DNA of 64,000 nt. It comes from a bacterium. Lineage in GTDB: Bacteria; Oederibacteriota; CAKKQC01. Positions 8,996 through 17,362 of the stretch are shown one piece after another. The stretch lies in the NCBI GenBank assembly GCA_919901855.1, contig CAKKQC010000002.1:40296-104295 (forward strand). Reading direction: 5' to 3'. Within the stretch, counting starts at the first letter, position 1; each line of letters opens with the position of its first letter. A program made the position numbers and the translations under genes. Under the pieces are notes generated by a model. That model saw only the letters and a program-made list of their open reading frames with translations. It searched no databases and was not told the DNA's origin.

Positions 8996-9269
8996 CGGGG
9001 CCTGTCCCGGGTGCTCGGCGCCCTGGACGAAGGGGAAACCCGAGTTCCGGACGACCTGCCCGGCCTGCGGGGCCTGGATGCACGTGTGCATAAACTGCAG
9101 GCACTACGATCCGCATATTCATCACGAATGCCGGGCCGCGGCGACCGCGGAATACGTGGCCGACAAGGAGAAGTTCAACTACTGCGAGGAGTTCGTGCTG
9201 GCCGCGCGGCCGGCGACCAAGGGGGGCTCGACCAGCCGGGCGGACGCCGAGAAGAAGCTCTTCGGGTAG
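8988..9269 (+). CDS. Small Cys-rich zinc-ribbon protein, translationally coupled to MetE-C
   Basis: GTG 8988 overlaps the MetE-C stop (gcGGTGGCTGAcgg). 93 aa with CPGC...CPAC...CINC...HHEC...YCEEF. Followed by the hairpin atcgaagg-ccc-ccttcgat at 9276-9295. Start codon uncertain. Confidence 0.4.
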   Translation: MADGACPGCSAPWTKGKPEFRTTCPACGAWMHVCINCRHYDPHIHHECRAAATAEYVADKEKFNYCEEFVLAARPATKGGSTSRADAEKKLFG

Positions 9270-9372
9270 GGGCCGCATCGAAGGCCCCCTTCGATAACGC
9301 TCGTCTTCGAGCCCCACGGCGAACCTCCATATACCCGCCCCGTTCGGCGACGGTCCCGTCTGCGGGACCGCC

Positions 9373-9402
9373 TTGACGTCGCGCTGGCTATGGTGCTAAA
9401 CT
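9373..9402 (+). promoter_or_regulatory. Candidate sigma70-type promoter for ptsN
   Basis: TTGACG (9373-9378), 18-nt spacer, TG-n-TAAACT extended -10 (9394-9402), 17 nt upstream of the ptsN ATG. Preceded by the hairpin gtcccg-tctg-cgggac. Confidence 0.3.
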
Positions 9403-9418
9403 CCTGCAACCTCAAACG

Positions 9419-9886
9419 ATGCGTATCCGCGACATCCTAAAGGATTCGGCCGTCATCGTCGGGCTCAAAGCCGACACGAAGAAGGCTGTGCTCGAGGAGA
9501 TGGTCTCCAGCCTGTTCGAGCAAGGCGTCATTGCGGACAAGCAGAAAATGCTCGAAGTCCTGCTCGCCCGCGAAAGCCTGGGGTCCACGGGGATCGGCCA
9601 GGGCATCGCGATTCCCCACGGCAAGTCCTCGGTGGCCAAGGAGTTGTCGGCCGCCTGCGGAATCTCGCGGGGCGGCGTCGACTTCGACGCCCTCGACGAC
9701 GAGAAGGTCTTCGTGATATTCCTCCTGGTCGCCCCCGAGGACCAGGCCTCCCAGCACCTGAAAGCCCTCGCCAGGGTCTCCGCCCTCCTCAAGGACAAGT
9801 ACTTCCGCAAGGCCCTGATCGCGTCCGAAAAGTCCGAGGACGTCACCCGCGTCCTGGATCAGGAAGAGCAGGCCCGGAAGGCGTAA
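9419..9886 (+). CDS. ptsN: PTS EIIA-Ntr (nitrogen regulatory protein PtsN)
   Basis: 155 aa. PTS_EIIA_2 fold: MRIRDILK...GQGIAIPHGKS (phospho-His region)...VFVIFLLVAPED. Confidence 0.85.
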   Translation: MRIRDILKDSAVIVGLKADTKKAVLEEMVSSLFEQGVIADKQKMLEVLLARESLGSTGIGQGIAIPHGKSSVAKELSAACGISRGGVDFDALDDEKVFVIFLLVAPEDQASQHLKALARVSALLKDKYFRKALIASEKSEDVTRVLDQEEQARKA

Positions 9887-9913
9887 CCCAAGCCGTACGG
9901 CCGGAACGGCGGG

Positions 9914-9926
9914 CGGCGGTACAATA
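9914..9926 (+). promoter_or_regulatory. Candidate promoter -10 (GCGGCGGTACAAT) for hprK, implying a near-leaderless transcript
   Basis: TACAAT at 9921-9926 is only 10 nt before the hprK ATG (9937). The identical 13-mer GCGGCGGTACAAT recurs at 15844-15856 just before the NHL gene start. Confidence 0.35.
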
Positions 9927-9936
9927 GGATTTCGAC

Positions 9937-10926
9937 ATGCCCCTGACCCTCGGCACGCTCCTGGAGGATCTCGAAGAGCCGCTCTCGCTGCGCCTCGTCA
10001 GCGGCGGTGCCGGCCTGGAGCGGGTCATCAAGACCCCGGACCTCAACCGGCCCGGCCTCGCCTTCTCGGGGTTCCTCGACTGGTTCCCCCCGGACCGCCT
10101 CCAGGTCGTGGGGAAGACCGAGGTGACGTTCTGGAAGACGCTTCCCGCCAAGGTGCGCCAGGCGCGGATCCAGGAGGTCCTCAAGCTCAAGCCGGTGGGG
10201 TTCATCGTCTGCCACGACCAGGAGCCGCCCCGGGACATCTGTGCCGCGGCCGACGCGGCCGGGATATCCGTGCTCGCGAGCCCGGTGCCCACGATGAAGT
10301 GCATGAGCGAGCTCATGCTGCACCTCGAGGAGAAGCTCGCGCCGAGCATGACCGTGCACGGAAGCCTCATGGACACTTACGGCGTCGGGGTCCTCATCCT
10401 CGGCGACTCGGGGATCGGGAAGAGCGAGTGCGCGCTCGCGCTCCTGAACGTGGGCCACCGGCTGGTGGCGGACGACGTCGTCGAGATCCGGCGGACGCCG
10501 GAGAAGACCCTGCTCGGCGCCGGGATCAAGGCCCTGCGCTACCACATGGAAATCCGCGGGCTGGGCATCGTGGACATCCAGCGGCTGTTCGGGGCGCGGG
10601 CCGTCCGCGAGCACAAGCTGGTCGACCTCGTCGTCCAGCTCGTGCCGTGGGAGCCGGGCAAGCTCTACGACCGCACGGGACTCGAGCAGCAGACGCACAC
10701 GATCCTGGACGTGGCGCTCCCCATCCACGTGGTGCCCGTCAAGACGGGGCGGAACCTGGCCGTGCTCGTCGAGGTCGCGGCCATGAACTTCCGGCTGAAG
10801 CAGATGGGCGTGAACCCCGCCGAGAGCCTCGACGAGGCCGTGCTGCGGGAGGTCGCCCGGGACAACGCGCCGCCGCCGCGGCCGGCGGCCGGGCCGTCGC
10901 GCCACAAGCGGCACGAAGAGCGGTAG
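9937..10926 (+). CDS. hprK: HPr kinase/phosphorylase
   Basis: 329 aa. Walker A GDSGIGKSE. HprK C-terminal kinase-domain motifs (LVADD, EIRGLGI). Confidence 0.9.
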   Translation: MPLTLGTLLEDLEEPLSLRLVSGGAGLERVIKTPDLNRPGLAFSGFLDWFPPDRLQVVGKTEVTFWKTLPAKVRQARIQEVLKLKPVGFIVCHDQEPPRDICAAADAAGISVLASPVPTMKCMSELMLHLEEKLAPSMTVHGSLMDTYGVGVLILGDSGIGKSECALALLNVGHRLVADDVVEIRRTPEKTLLGAGIKALRYHMEIRGLGIVDIQRLFGARAVREHKLVDLVVQLVPWEPGKLYDRTGLEQQTHTILDVALPIHVVPVKTGRNLAVLVEVAAMNFRLKQMGVNPAESLDEAVLREVARDNAPPPRPAAGPSRHKRHEER

Positions 10927-10940
10927 CCGGAGCTCCCCGC

Positions 10941-12248
10941 ATGAACCTCAAGGATCGCCTGCCGGGGCCCCTGTACCGCTTCCTGTATCCGGGCATCGCG
11001 CTCAAGCGCTGGAGCTTCCTTCTCATCGTGAGTTCCGTCGTCCTGATCGCCGGCGCTACCGGGATCACGGGCGAGGCCCTCACCGGGCGCACGTTCCACG
11101 TCCGCTCGCTCCAGCGGATGGAGCGCAACGTGCGCCGCCACTGGACCGGGCTGCGCGCGCTCGACCGGTGGCTCATCGCGCTGGGGGCGATCGGCATGGT
11201 CTTCGCCGTACGGCGCGGCTACTACGCGATCCTGACCGTCGTCCTGCCGCGCGGCGAGCGGGACCTCGTCCGGCTCGCGTACCAGCGGGCGCGGCGCAAG
11301 CGGGGCCCCAGGATCGTGGCCATCGGCGGCGGGACCGGGCTGCCGAACCTGCTCACCGGGCTGAAGGAGTACACGGACAACCTCACCGCGATCGTGACCG
11401 TGGCCGACGACGGGGGGTCGTCCGGCCGCCTGCGCAAGCAGTTCGGCATCCTGCCGCCCGGCGACCTCCGGAACTGCCTCGTCGCGCTGGCGGACGAGGA
11501 GCCGCTCATGAGCAGGCTATTCCAGCACCGGTTCTCGAAGAAGGGCGACCTCGAGGGGCACACCTTCGGCAACCTCTACCTGACGGCGCTGGCCGAGATC
11601 TCCGGGGACTTCACGACCGCCCTCGCCGAGTCCCACCGTATCCTGGCAGTCCGCGGCCGGGTCGTGCCCGTGACCCCGCACCTGGTCCAGCTCGCGGCGA
11701 AGCTCAGGAACGGCCGCACCGTGCGCGGGGAGAGCCGGATCGCGAAGGCGGGCTCGCCGATCACGGGCGTCCACCTCATCCCGGCCCGGCCGCGCGCAAA
11801 TCCCGAGGCCGTCCGCGCGATCGCGAAGGCGGACATCATCGTGTTCGGCCCCGGGAGCCTGTATACGAGCATCGTGCCCAACCTGCTCGTGCCAGAGATC
11901 CGGGAGGCCATCGTGGATTCCCGGAACCTCAAGCTATACGTCTGCAACATCATGACCGAGCCGGGGGAAACCGACGGGTTCACGGCCGGGGACCACGTCG
12001 AGGTGCTCGTCCGGTACCTCAAGGGCAAAGCCCCCGACGCGGTCGTGGTGAACGTCGAGATGCCCGATGACGGGCTCCTGATCCGGTACCGGACCGAGCA
12101 CGCGGAGCTCGTGCTCAACGACGAGATCCGCATCCGTCAGCTTGGGAGCCGCGTGGTCCGGGGCCGGGTCCTGAGCGAGCGCGCGGACTTCATCCGCCAC
12201 GACTCCGCCAAGCTCTCCCGCGTCATCATGAAGTACGCGGTGATCTGA
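10941..12248 (+). CDS. yvcK: YvcK/CofD-like gluconeogenesis factor family protein (UPF0052) with N-terminal TM segment
   Basis: ATG 10941 lies 15 nt after the hprK stop. IVAIGGGTGLPNLLTGLK...VADDGGSSGRLR...LPPGDLRNC are YvcK/CofD-family motifs. An N-terminal hydrophobic helix precedes. The long 649-aa ORF from 10299 is an out-of-frame overlap with hprK. Confidence 0.85.
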   Translation: MNLKDRLPGPLYRFLYPGIALKRWSFLLIVSSVVLIAGATGITGEALTGRTFHVRSLQRMERNVRRHWTGLRALDRWLIALGAIGMVFAVRRGYYAILTVVLPRGERDLVRLAYQRARRKRGPRIVAIGGGTGLPNLLTGLKEYTDNLTAIVTVADDGGSSGRLRKQFGILPPGDLRNCLVALADEEPLMSRLFQHRFSKKGDLEGHTFGNLYLTALAEISGDFTTALAESHRILAVRGRVVPVTPHLVQLAAKLRNGRTVRGESRIAKAGSPITGVHLIPARPRANPEAVRAIAKADIIVFGPGSLYTSIVPNLLVPEIREAIVDSRNLKLYVCNIMTEPGETDGFTAGDHVEVLVRYLKGKAPDAVVVNVEMPDDGLLIRYRTEHAELVLNDEIRIRQLGSRVVRGRVLSERADFIRHDSAKLSRVIMKYAVI

Positions 12249-12448
12249 GGTCGGCGCTCCCAATCCCCTTCCCCGGCATGATCTATCCGTCCAGCCCCGC
12301 CCGTGGGGTGGGGTATCATGGGGTAGCCATGGGCATGCCCAGTGCCACACGCGAGGTCACACATGCCGTCCCGCATCGCGCCGGCCTATCGTTGGCCCGG
12401 TCCTCTCGCGCGTCGGCTGCAAGAGCTGGGAATCGAGTGAGGCACCCG

Positions 12449-13174
12449 GTGATCGAGAGCATTCTTCTTCTCTCTTGCTTCGTTTCCGTTGCATCAACCG
12501 CTATGCCCGGTGCCGAAGGATTGTCGGTCACCACGGCTGGGAAGGCGGTTTCCCGTGAAGTCTGGAGGTGGGGAATCACCCTCGCACGCCTAGACGAAGC
12601 GGCGATGCTCGATGCTGATGGTAACACGAGGCTCTTCGATGAGCTCGTCGGCAGATGGAACTTCGACGGGACGGACATCGCTCGGCTTGTTGAGCTGGCA
12701 CTACTGCAAAGGCGGATCGAGGGACTCGAGAAGAGCATATCCTACGAGGAGAGCCTCCCGGGCCGCATGGCAGCGTCCGGTTACGCGACTCTCTATACGG
12801 AGGATGTGGCCGCAAGGCGCGAGAGTGGGCTGGGCACCAGTCAGTCTGAGCTCGCCCCGCTGCTGGAAAGGAGGCAATTACTGCTCACAGATCTCCGGAA
12901 GAAGATGGGGGTTCGATACGAGAAAGACTTTCAGGAGTGGATCTGGGAGCAATCGATCATTACGGCCTACTACGATACTTGGCACTACAACCAGTGGAGC
13001 AAAGAGAAGGATCCGTTGCCTCCGATCGAGCATTACAAGATGCTCAAGAAGATCTCCTCTCGGCTGAGTGAGGCTGAACTGGCGTTGAAGCGGCATGAGT
13101 GGCATGGCCGGTTCGAACGGGTCAAGGAGCAGGCCCGCCGGAATGACGAGCTGTGGCGCAAGAAGAAGAGCTAG
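12449..13174 (+). CDS. Hypothetical lipoprotein/secreted protein in low-GC islet
   Basis: GC drops sharply from ~12440. GTG 12449 gives VIESILLLSCFVSVASTAMPGAEG (signal peptide, possible LLSC lipobox). K/E/W-rich ~240-aa body with no recognisable domain. Confidence 0.45.
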   Translation: MIESILLLSCFVSVASTAMPGAEGLSVTTAGKAVSREVWRWGITLARLDEAAMLDADGNTRLFDELVGRWNFDGTDIARLVELALLQRRIEGLEKSISYEESLPGRMAASGYATLYTEDVAARRESGLGTSQSELAPLLERRQLLLTDLRKKMGVRYEKDFQEWIWEQSIITAYYDTWHYNQWSKEKDPLPPIEHYKMLKKISSRLSEAELALKRHEWHGRFERVKEQARRNDELWRKKKS

Positions 13175-13209
13175 GACCGGAGAGGAACGCAGCCTTCGCG
13201 GGACCCTCA

Positions 13210-13350
13210 AGCCAGGATGATCATGCGTCCCCACGAGGAGAAGTGCCGGTCGAAGGCGATGGCGTGCCGGATGCCGAGGCGCTCGGCGATCACGAAACTG
13301 AGGGCGTCACAGAACGAGTAGGACTTGTCCTGCCGCGTCCTCACCCGCGG
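13210..13350 (-). pseudogene. vapC: vapC (PIN-domain toxin) 3' remnant, N-terminal two-thirds missing
   Basis: Minus-strand translation PRVRTRQDKSYSFCDALSFVIAERLGIRHAIAFDRHFSSWGRMIILA* is a PIN-domain C-terminus (D...F motif). No start codon. Frame-shifted relative to the upstream antitoxin ORF. Confidence 0.45.
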
Positions 13351-13568
13351 CCCTTGACGTACCCCAAGTGCTTGTACTTGTCGCTGGACACGTCGGGGAA
13401 GCGGGAGTGCGCAATGCCGGCCAGGGCGATGAAGGACTGAAGGGCCTTCTCCTGGCGGACCTTCTCACCATTCGGTGCCTGCGGGGCGCTTGCGAGCGCC
13501 CGCAATAGCCGCTGGCGGTCGCGGCCCGAGAGCTTGTCGGCCTGTTTGACGAGTTGGGTGACCGTCAT
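13341..13568 (-). CDS. Putative antitoxin of the degraded vapBC module
   Basis: 75-aa ORF directly upstream of, and overlapping, the PIN remnant (MTVTQLVKQADKLSGRDRQRLLRAL...). Conserved 18-bp motif GTTCAGTATAGCAGTCCG sits 13 nt upstream. Confidence 0.4.
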   Translation of the reverse strand: MTVTQLVKQADKLSGRDRQRLLRALASAPQAPNGEKVRQEKALQSFIALAGIAHSRFPDVSSDKYKHLGYVKGRG

Positions 13569-13666
13569 GCGTGTCCTCCGGGTTCAGTATAGCAGTCCGC
13601 GATTCGAGCGCCGGGGAGAGCTGAACATTCGTGAACGGAAGCGCCCTCGCCTGTTAGACTCAATTC

Positions 13667-15820
13667 GTGCCGAACAAGGTCGGGTTCGTCTTCGGGGTCC
13701 ACGACCACCAGCCGGTCGGGAACTTCGACCACGTCGTCGAGGAGGCCTACCAGAAGTCGTACCGGCTCTTCTTCGAGGTGGTGGCCGCTCACCCGAAGGT
13801 CAAGCTCTCGTGCCACATCAGCGGCTGCCTCTGGGACTGGATCCTGGCGCACCATCCCGAGTTCGTGAAGATTCTCAGGCCTCTCGTGGACCGGGGACAG
13901 GTCGAGATGCTCTCGGGCGCGTACCAGGAGCCGATCTTTCCGATCATCCCCGAGGACGACCTCGTGGGCCAGATAGGGAAGCTCAACGAGTTCCTCCACA
14001 AGACCTTCGGGAAGATGCCCGAGGGCGCGTGGCTGACCGAGCGGGTCTGGGAGCCGCATCTCCCCGCGCTCCTCGCGCGGGCGGGGATCAAGTACACGCT
14101 CGTCGACGACTGGCACCTCAAGGGGGCGGGGGTGCCGGAGGCCGACTTGCACGGACCGTTCGTGACCGAGCACCTGGGGTCGTCGGTCAAGATCCTGCCG
14201 ATCGACGAGCGGCTGCGGTACGTGGTGCCGTTCAAGGAGCCGGAGGAGACACTGGCCCATCTCCGACACATCGCCGACGCTGGCGCCCATCAGGGCTGGC
14301 TGCCCGCGGGCATCCTCGTCGACGACGGCGAGAAGTTCGGGGTCTGGCCCGAGACCCACGACTGGGTGTACGTGCGCGGCTGGATGGACCGGTTCCTCGC
14401 CGCGATGGAGGGGGCCGCGGACTGGGTCGAGTTCCTGACGTGCGGCGAGTACCTGGCCCGGGTGCCGGCGCGCGGGCCGTTGGCCATGGGCACCGCGTCC
14501 TACTCCGAGATGATGGAGTGGGCCCTGCCGCCGGAGCCCCAGCGCGTGATCGCCCGGGCGCACGAGGCGCTGAAGGCGGCGGGGCGGCTGGAAGAAGCCG
14601 CCCCGTACCTCAAGGGCGGCACCTGGCGCGGGTTCCAGTGGAAGTACCCGGAGGCGAACTGGCTCCACAAGAAGATGCTCCGGGTGAGCGGAAAAGTTCG
14701 CGCCGCTTCGGCTGCGCATCCCAAGTCCAAGGTGGTCGTGCAGGCCCGGGAGGCCCTCTGGCGGGGGCAGTGCAACTGCCCGTACTGGCACGGCGTCTTC
14801 GGCGGGCTCTACCTCAACTACCTGCGCCACGCGGTCTGGCGGAACCTGATCGAGGCCGAGCGGCTCGCGGACGGCGTCCTCCACGGCAAGACGCCGTGGC
14901 TGGACGTCGTCGAGGGGGACGTGGACGCTGATGGCCATGCCGAAATCATCATGGAACACGAGTCGTTGTCCATCCTCCTGCGGCCGGCCGAGGGCGCGTG
15001 CGCGTCGTCGTGGGAGGTCCGGGCCCGGGGGTGGAACGTCCTCGACACGCTCGCGCGGCGGCCGGAGGCGTACCACGACAAGCTCCGGGCTGCCGTGTCG
15101 TCCGGCACCGCCGCGGACCCCGGGGCGGCCGCCAAGAGCATCCACGACTTGGTCAGGGTCAAGGAGCCGGGGCTGGAGCGGTACCTGACGTACGATCCCG
15201 ACCGGCGGCGCGCGGCGTTCCAGGACCACCTGCTCGTGCCCGGCACGGCGCGCGAGGCCTTTCGCGACGGCACCGCGGCGCGGGCGGCGGACCTCCTGGG
15301 CCTGCGCCATGCGCGGGCGGACGGCGGGGAGAGGGCGGGCCGGGTCGTGCTCCGGGGGACGGCGCAGGCCATGAACGGGGAGCTCGAGATCGAAAAGACC
15401 TTCGAGCTCGCGAAGGGGGCCCCCACCGTGCATGCCGGGTATACGCTCCTGCGAAAGCATGGCGGAGCTTTGCGAGCCATGCTCGCGATCGAGTGGAATC
15501 TCGGGCTGCTGGCCGGTGACGCGCCGGACCGGTTCATCCTGTTCGACGGCCGTAGCCCCAAGGACGCGCGGGCCGCCGCCGACGGCGAGGAGACCGCGGC
15601 CGTCATCGAGGCCGTGGACGGCTGGCAGCGCGTCCGGGTGCGGTTCCGGTTCGCGGAGCCGGTCACCGTGTGGCGGCATCCTGTCTGGACGGTCTCGCTG
15701 TCCGAAGGCGGGTTCGAACGCACCTACCAGTCGACCTCGCTGTTCTTCCTCCGGACGATCGACCTGGCGCCGGGCCGGACCGACCGGTTCGGGTTCGCAG
15801 TCGAGGTTGAGACGGCCTGA
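13667..15820 (+). CDS. Glycoside hydrolase family 57 alpha-glucan enzyme (alpha-amylase / 4-alpha-glucanotransferase type)
   Basis: 717 aa. GH57 conserved regions: VHDHQP (HQP), GQVEMLSGAYQEPIFPII, WLTERVWEP, LVDDGEKFGVWP, GQCNCPYWHGVFGG. Confidence 0.9.
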   Translation: MPNKVGFVFGVHDHQPVGNFDHVVEEAYQKSYRLFFEVVAAHPKVKLSCHISGCLWDWILAHHPEFVKILRPLVDRGQVEMLSGAYQEPIFPIIPEDDLVGQIGKLNEFLHKTFGKMPEGAWLTERVWEPHLPALLARAGIKYTLVDDWHLKGAGVPEADLHGPFVTEHLGSSVKILPIDERLRYVVPFKEPEETLAHLRHIADAGAHQGWLPAGILVDDGEKFGVWPETHDWVYVRGWMDRFLAAMEGAADWVEFLTCGEYLARVPARGPLAMGTASYSEMMEWALPPEPQRVIARAHEALKAAGRLEEAAPYLKGGTWRGFQWKYPEANWLHKKMLRVSGKVRAASAAHPKSKVVVQAREALWRGQCNCPYWHGVFGGLYLNYLRHAVWRNLIEAERLADGVLHGKTPWLDVVEGDVDADGHAEIIMEHESLSILLRPAEGACASSWEVRARGWNVLDTLARRPEAYHDKLRAAVSSGTAADPGAAAKSIHDLVRVKEPGLERYLTYDPDRRRAAFQDHLLVPGTAREAFRDGTAARAADLLGLRHARADGGERAGRVVLRGTAQAMNGELEIEKTFELAKGAPTVHAGYTLLRKHGGALRAMLAIEWNLGLLAGDAPDRFILFDGRSPKDARAAADGEETAAVIEAVDGWQRVRVRFRFAEPVTVWRHPVWTVSLSEGGFERTYQSTSLFFLRTIDLAPGRTDRFGFAVEVETA

Positions 15821-15843
15821 CCTTCGCCTTACCTTGCCGCCGA

Positions 15844-15856
15844 AGCGGCGGTACAA
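15844..15856 (+). promoter_or_regulatory. Candidate -10 (GCGGCGGTACAAT) for the NHL protein gene
   Basis: TACAAT at 15851-15856 abuts ATG 15856/15865. Identical 13-mer to the one before hprK. Confidence 0.3.
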
Positions 15857-16989
15857 TGCGTGACATGAACACACACCTCCGTTGGCTCGGGTTGGTCCTC
15901 ATGCTTTGCTCCGCCGGCGTCTCGACGGCGGGCACGATCCGCACCGTGGCAGGGAACGGCGAAAACTGCGTCACCGGAGACCGGATGCCGCCTCTGACGA
16001 CCATGCTCTGCTTCCCGGCCGGCGTCTGGGTCGACGCGGCCGGCAACATCTACATCGCGGACAACCGGAACAACCGCATCGCGAAGGTACGGCCGAAGGC
16101 CGCGGCGATCACGACCTTCGCGGGGAGCGTAAACGGGAGCTCGGGACTTACCGGGGACGGCGGACCGGCCGCGAAGGCCGCCGTCGACTCGCCCAAGGGC
16201 GTCTGCGTCGACAAGGACGGCAACGTGTACATCGCGGATTCGTCCAACCATCGCGTCCGCAAGGTCGCGGCCAAGACCGGCGTGATGAGCACGGTCGCGG
16301 GGATGACGGGGAACGGCTACAACGGCGACGGGATCGCGGCCACGGCGGCCAAGCTGTACTACCCGTCCGGCGTCTGCGTCGACGCGGCGGGGAACCTCTA
16401 CATCGCCGACAAGGGCAACTACCGCGTCCGTAAGGTCGACGCGGCGACCGGCCTGATCAGCACCGTGGCGGGCGGCCATGCGGGGTACAACGGGGACGGC
16501 ATCGCGGCGGCGAAGGCGAACCTCAACATGCCCCAGGGAGTCGCCGTGGATGCGGCCGGGAACGTGTACATCGCGGACACCAAGAACGCGCGCATCCGGA
16601 GGGTGGATGCGGGGACCGGGCTGATCAGCACCGTGGCCGGGAGTGGGACCGAAGGGTTCAGCGGCGACGGGGCCGCCGCGACGGCCGCGCAGCTCAGCTC
16701 GCCGGCCGGCGTTTTCGTCGATGCGGCGGGCAGCCTCTACGTCGCCGACAGCGGCAACCACCGCGTCCGGAAGGTGGACGCGGGCACCGGCGTGATCAGC
16801 ACCGTGGCCGGGACGGGGGTCGCGGGGTACAACGCGGACGGGATCGATGCCGCGACGGCGCAGCTCAACTCGCCGGCCGGGGTGTTCGTCGACGCCTCCG
16901 GGAACGTGTACATCGCCGACAACTCCAACCATCGCATCCGGAAGATCGAGAACGCGCCGGCCGCCGCGCCGGCCCGCAAGGCGAAGTGA
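15856..16989 (+). CDS. Secreted NHL-repeat beta-propeller protein
   Basis: Signal peptide MNTHLRWLGLVLMLCSAGVSTAGT. Six NHL repeats (NNRIAKVR, SNHRVRKVA, GNYRVRKVD, KNARIRRVD, GNHRVRKVD, SNHRIRKIE). Confidence 0.85.
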   Translation: MRDMNTHLRWLGLVLMLCSAGVSTAGTIRTVAGNGENCVTGDRMPPLTTMLCFPAGVWVDAAGNIYIADNRNNRIAKVRPKAAAITTFAGSVNGSSGLTGDGGPAAKAAVDSPKGVCVDKDGNVYIADSSNHRVRKVAAKTGVMSTVAGMTGNGYNGDGIAATAAKLYYPSGVCVDAAGNLYIADKGNYRVRKVDAATGLISTVAGGHAGYNGDGIAAAKANLNMPQGVAVDAAGNVYIADTKNARIRRVDAGTGLISTVAGSGTEGFSGDGAAATAAQLSSPAGVFVDAAGSLYVADSGNHRVRKVDAGTGVISTVAGTGVAGYNADGIDAATAQLNSPAGVFVDASGNVYIADNSNHRIRKIENAPAAAPARKAK

Positions 16990-17076
16990 TATCCGGGCGG
17001 GGGTGCCCGGGACGCCCCCGCCCGTTTGGGTTCCCCCGGAGGGTGGTGGTAGAGTCGAAGCGGAGGGCCCCTGCGA

Positions 17077-17346
17077 ATGCCGGCACGTGACGTGGAAATC
17101 GTGAACAAGCTCGGCCTGCACCTGCGTGCCGCCGCGGCATTCGTGCAGCTCGCCGAGAAGTACCAGTGCCGGATCACGGTAGCCAAGGACAACCACCGGG
17201 CGAACGGCAAGTCCATCCTGTCGGTGCTGGCGTTGGGCACGCCCAAGGGCGAGAAGGTGCGGATCGAGACCGACGGCAAGGGCGCCGAGGAGGCGCTGGC
17301 CGCGCTGGTGGCCTTCGTGGAGGGACGGTTCGGCGAGCCCGAATAA
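17077..17346 (+). CDS. ptsH: Phosphocarrier protein HPr
   Basis: 89 aa. GLHLRAA (His15 region) and KSILSVLALG (Ser46 region). Confidence 0.85.
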   Translation: MPARDVEIVNKLGLHLRAAAAFVQLAEKYQCRITVAKDNHRANGKSILSVLALGTPKGEKVRIETDGKGAEEALAALVAFVEGRFGEPE

Positions 17347-17362
17347 CCTACAATAGCCCTTG

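Noticed and set aside
9859-12350. Antisense/alternate-frame ORFs over hprK-yvcK (9843..10376, 9859..10914, 10299..10940 N-extension, 10665..11197, 11168..12070, 11576..12133, 11934..12350)
   Set aside because: Overlap strongly supported genes. Composition is typical of high-GC noise.
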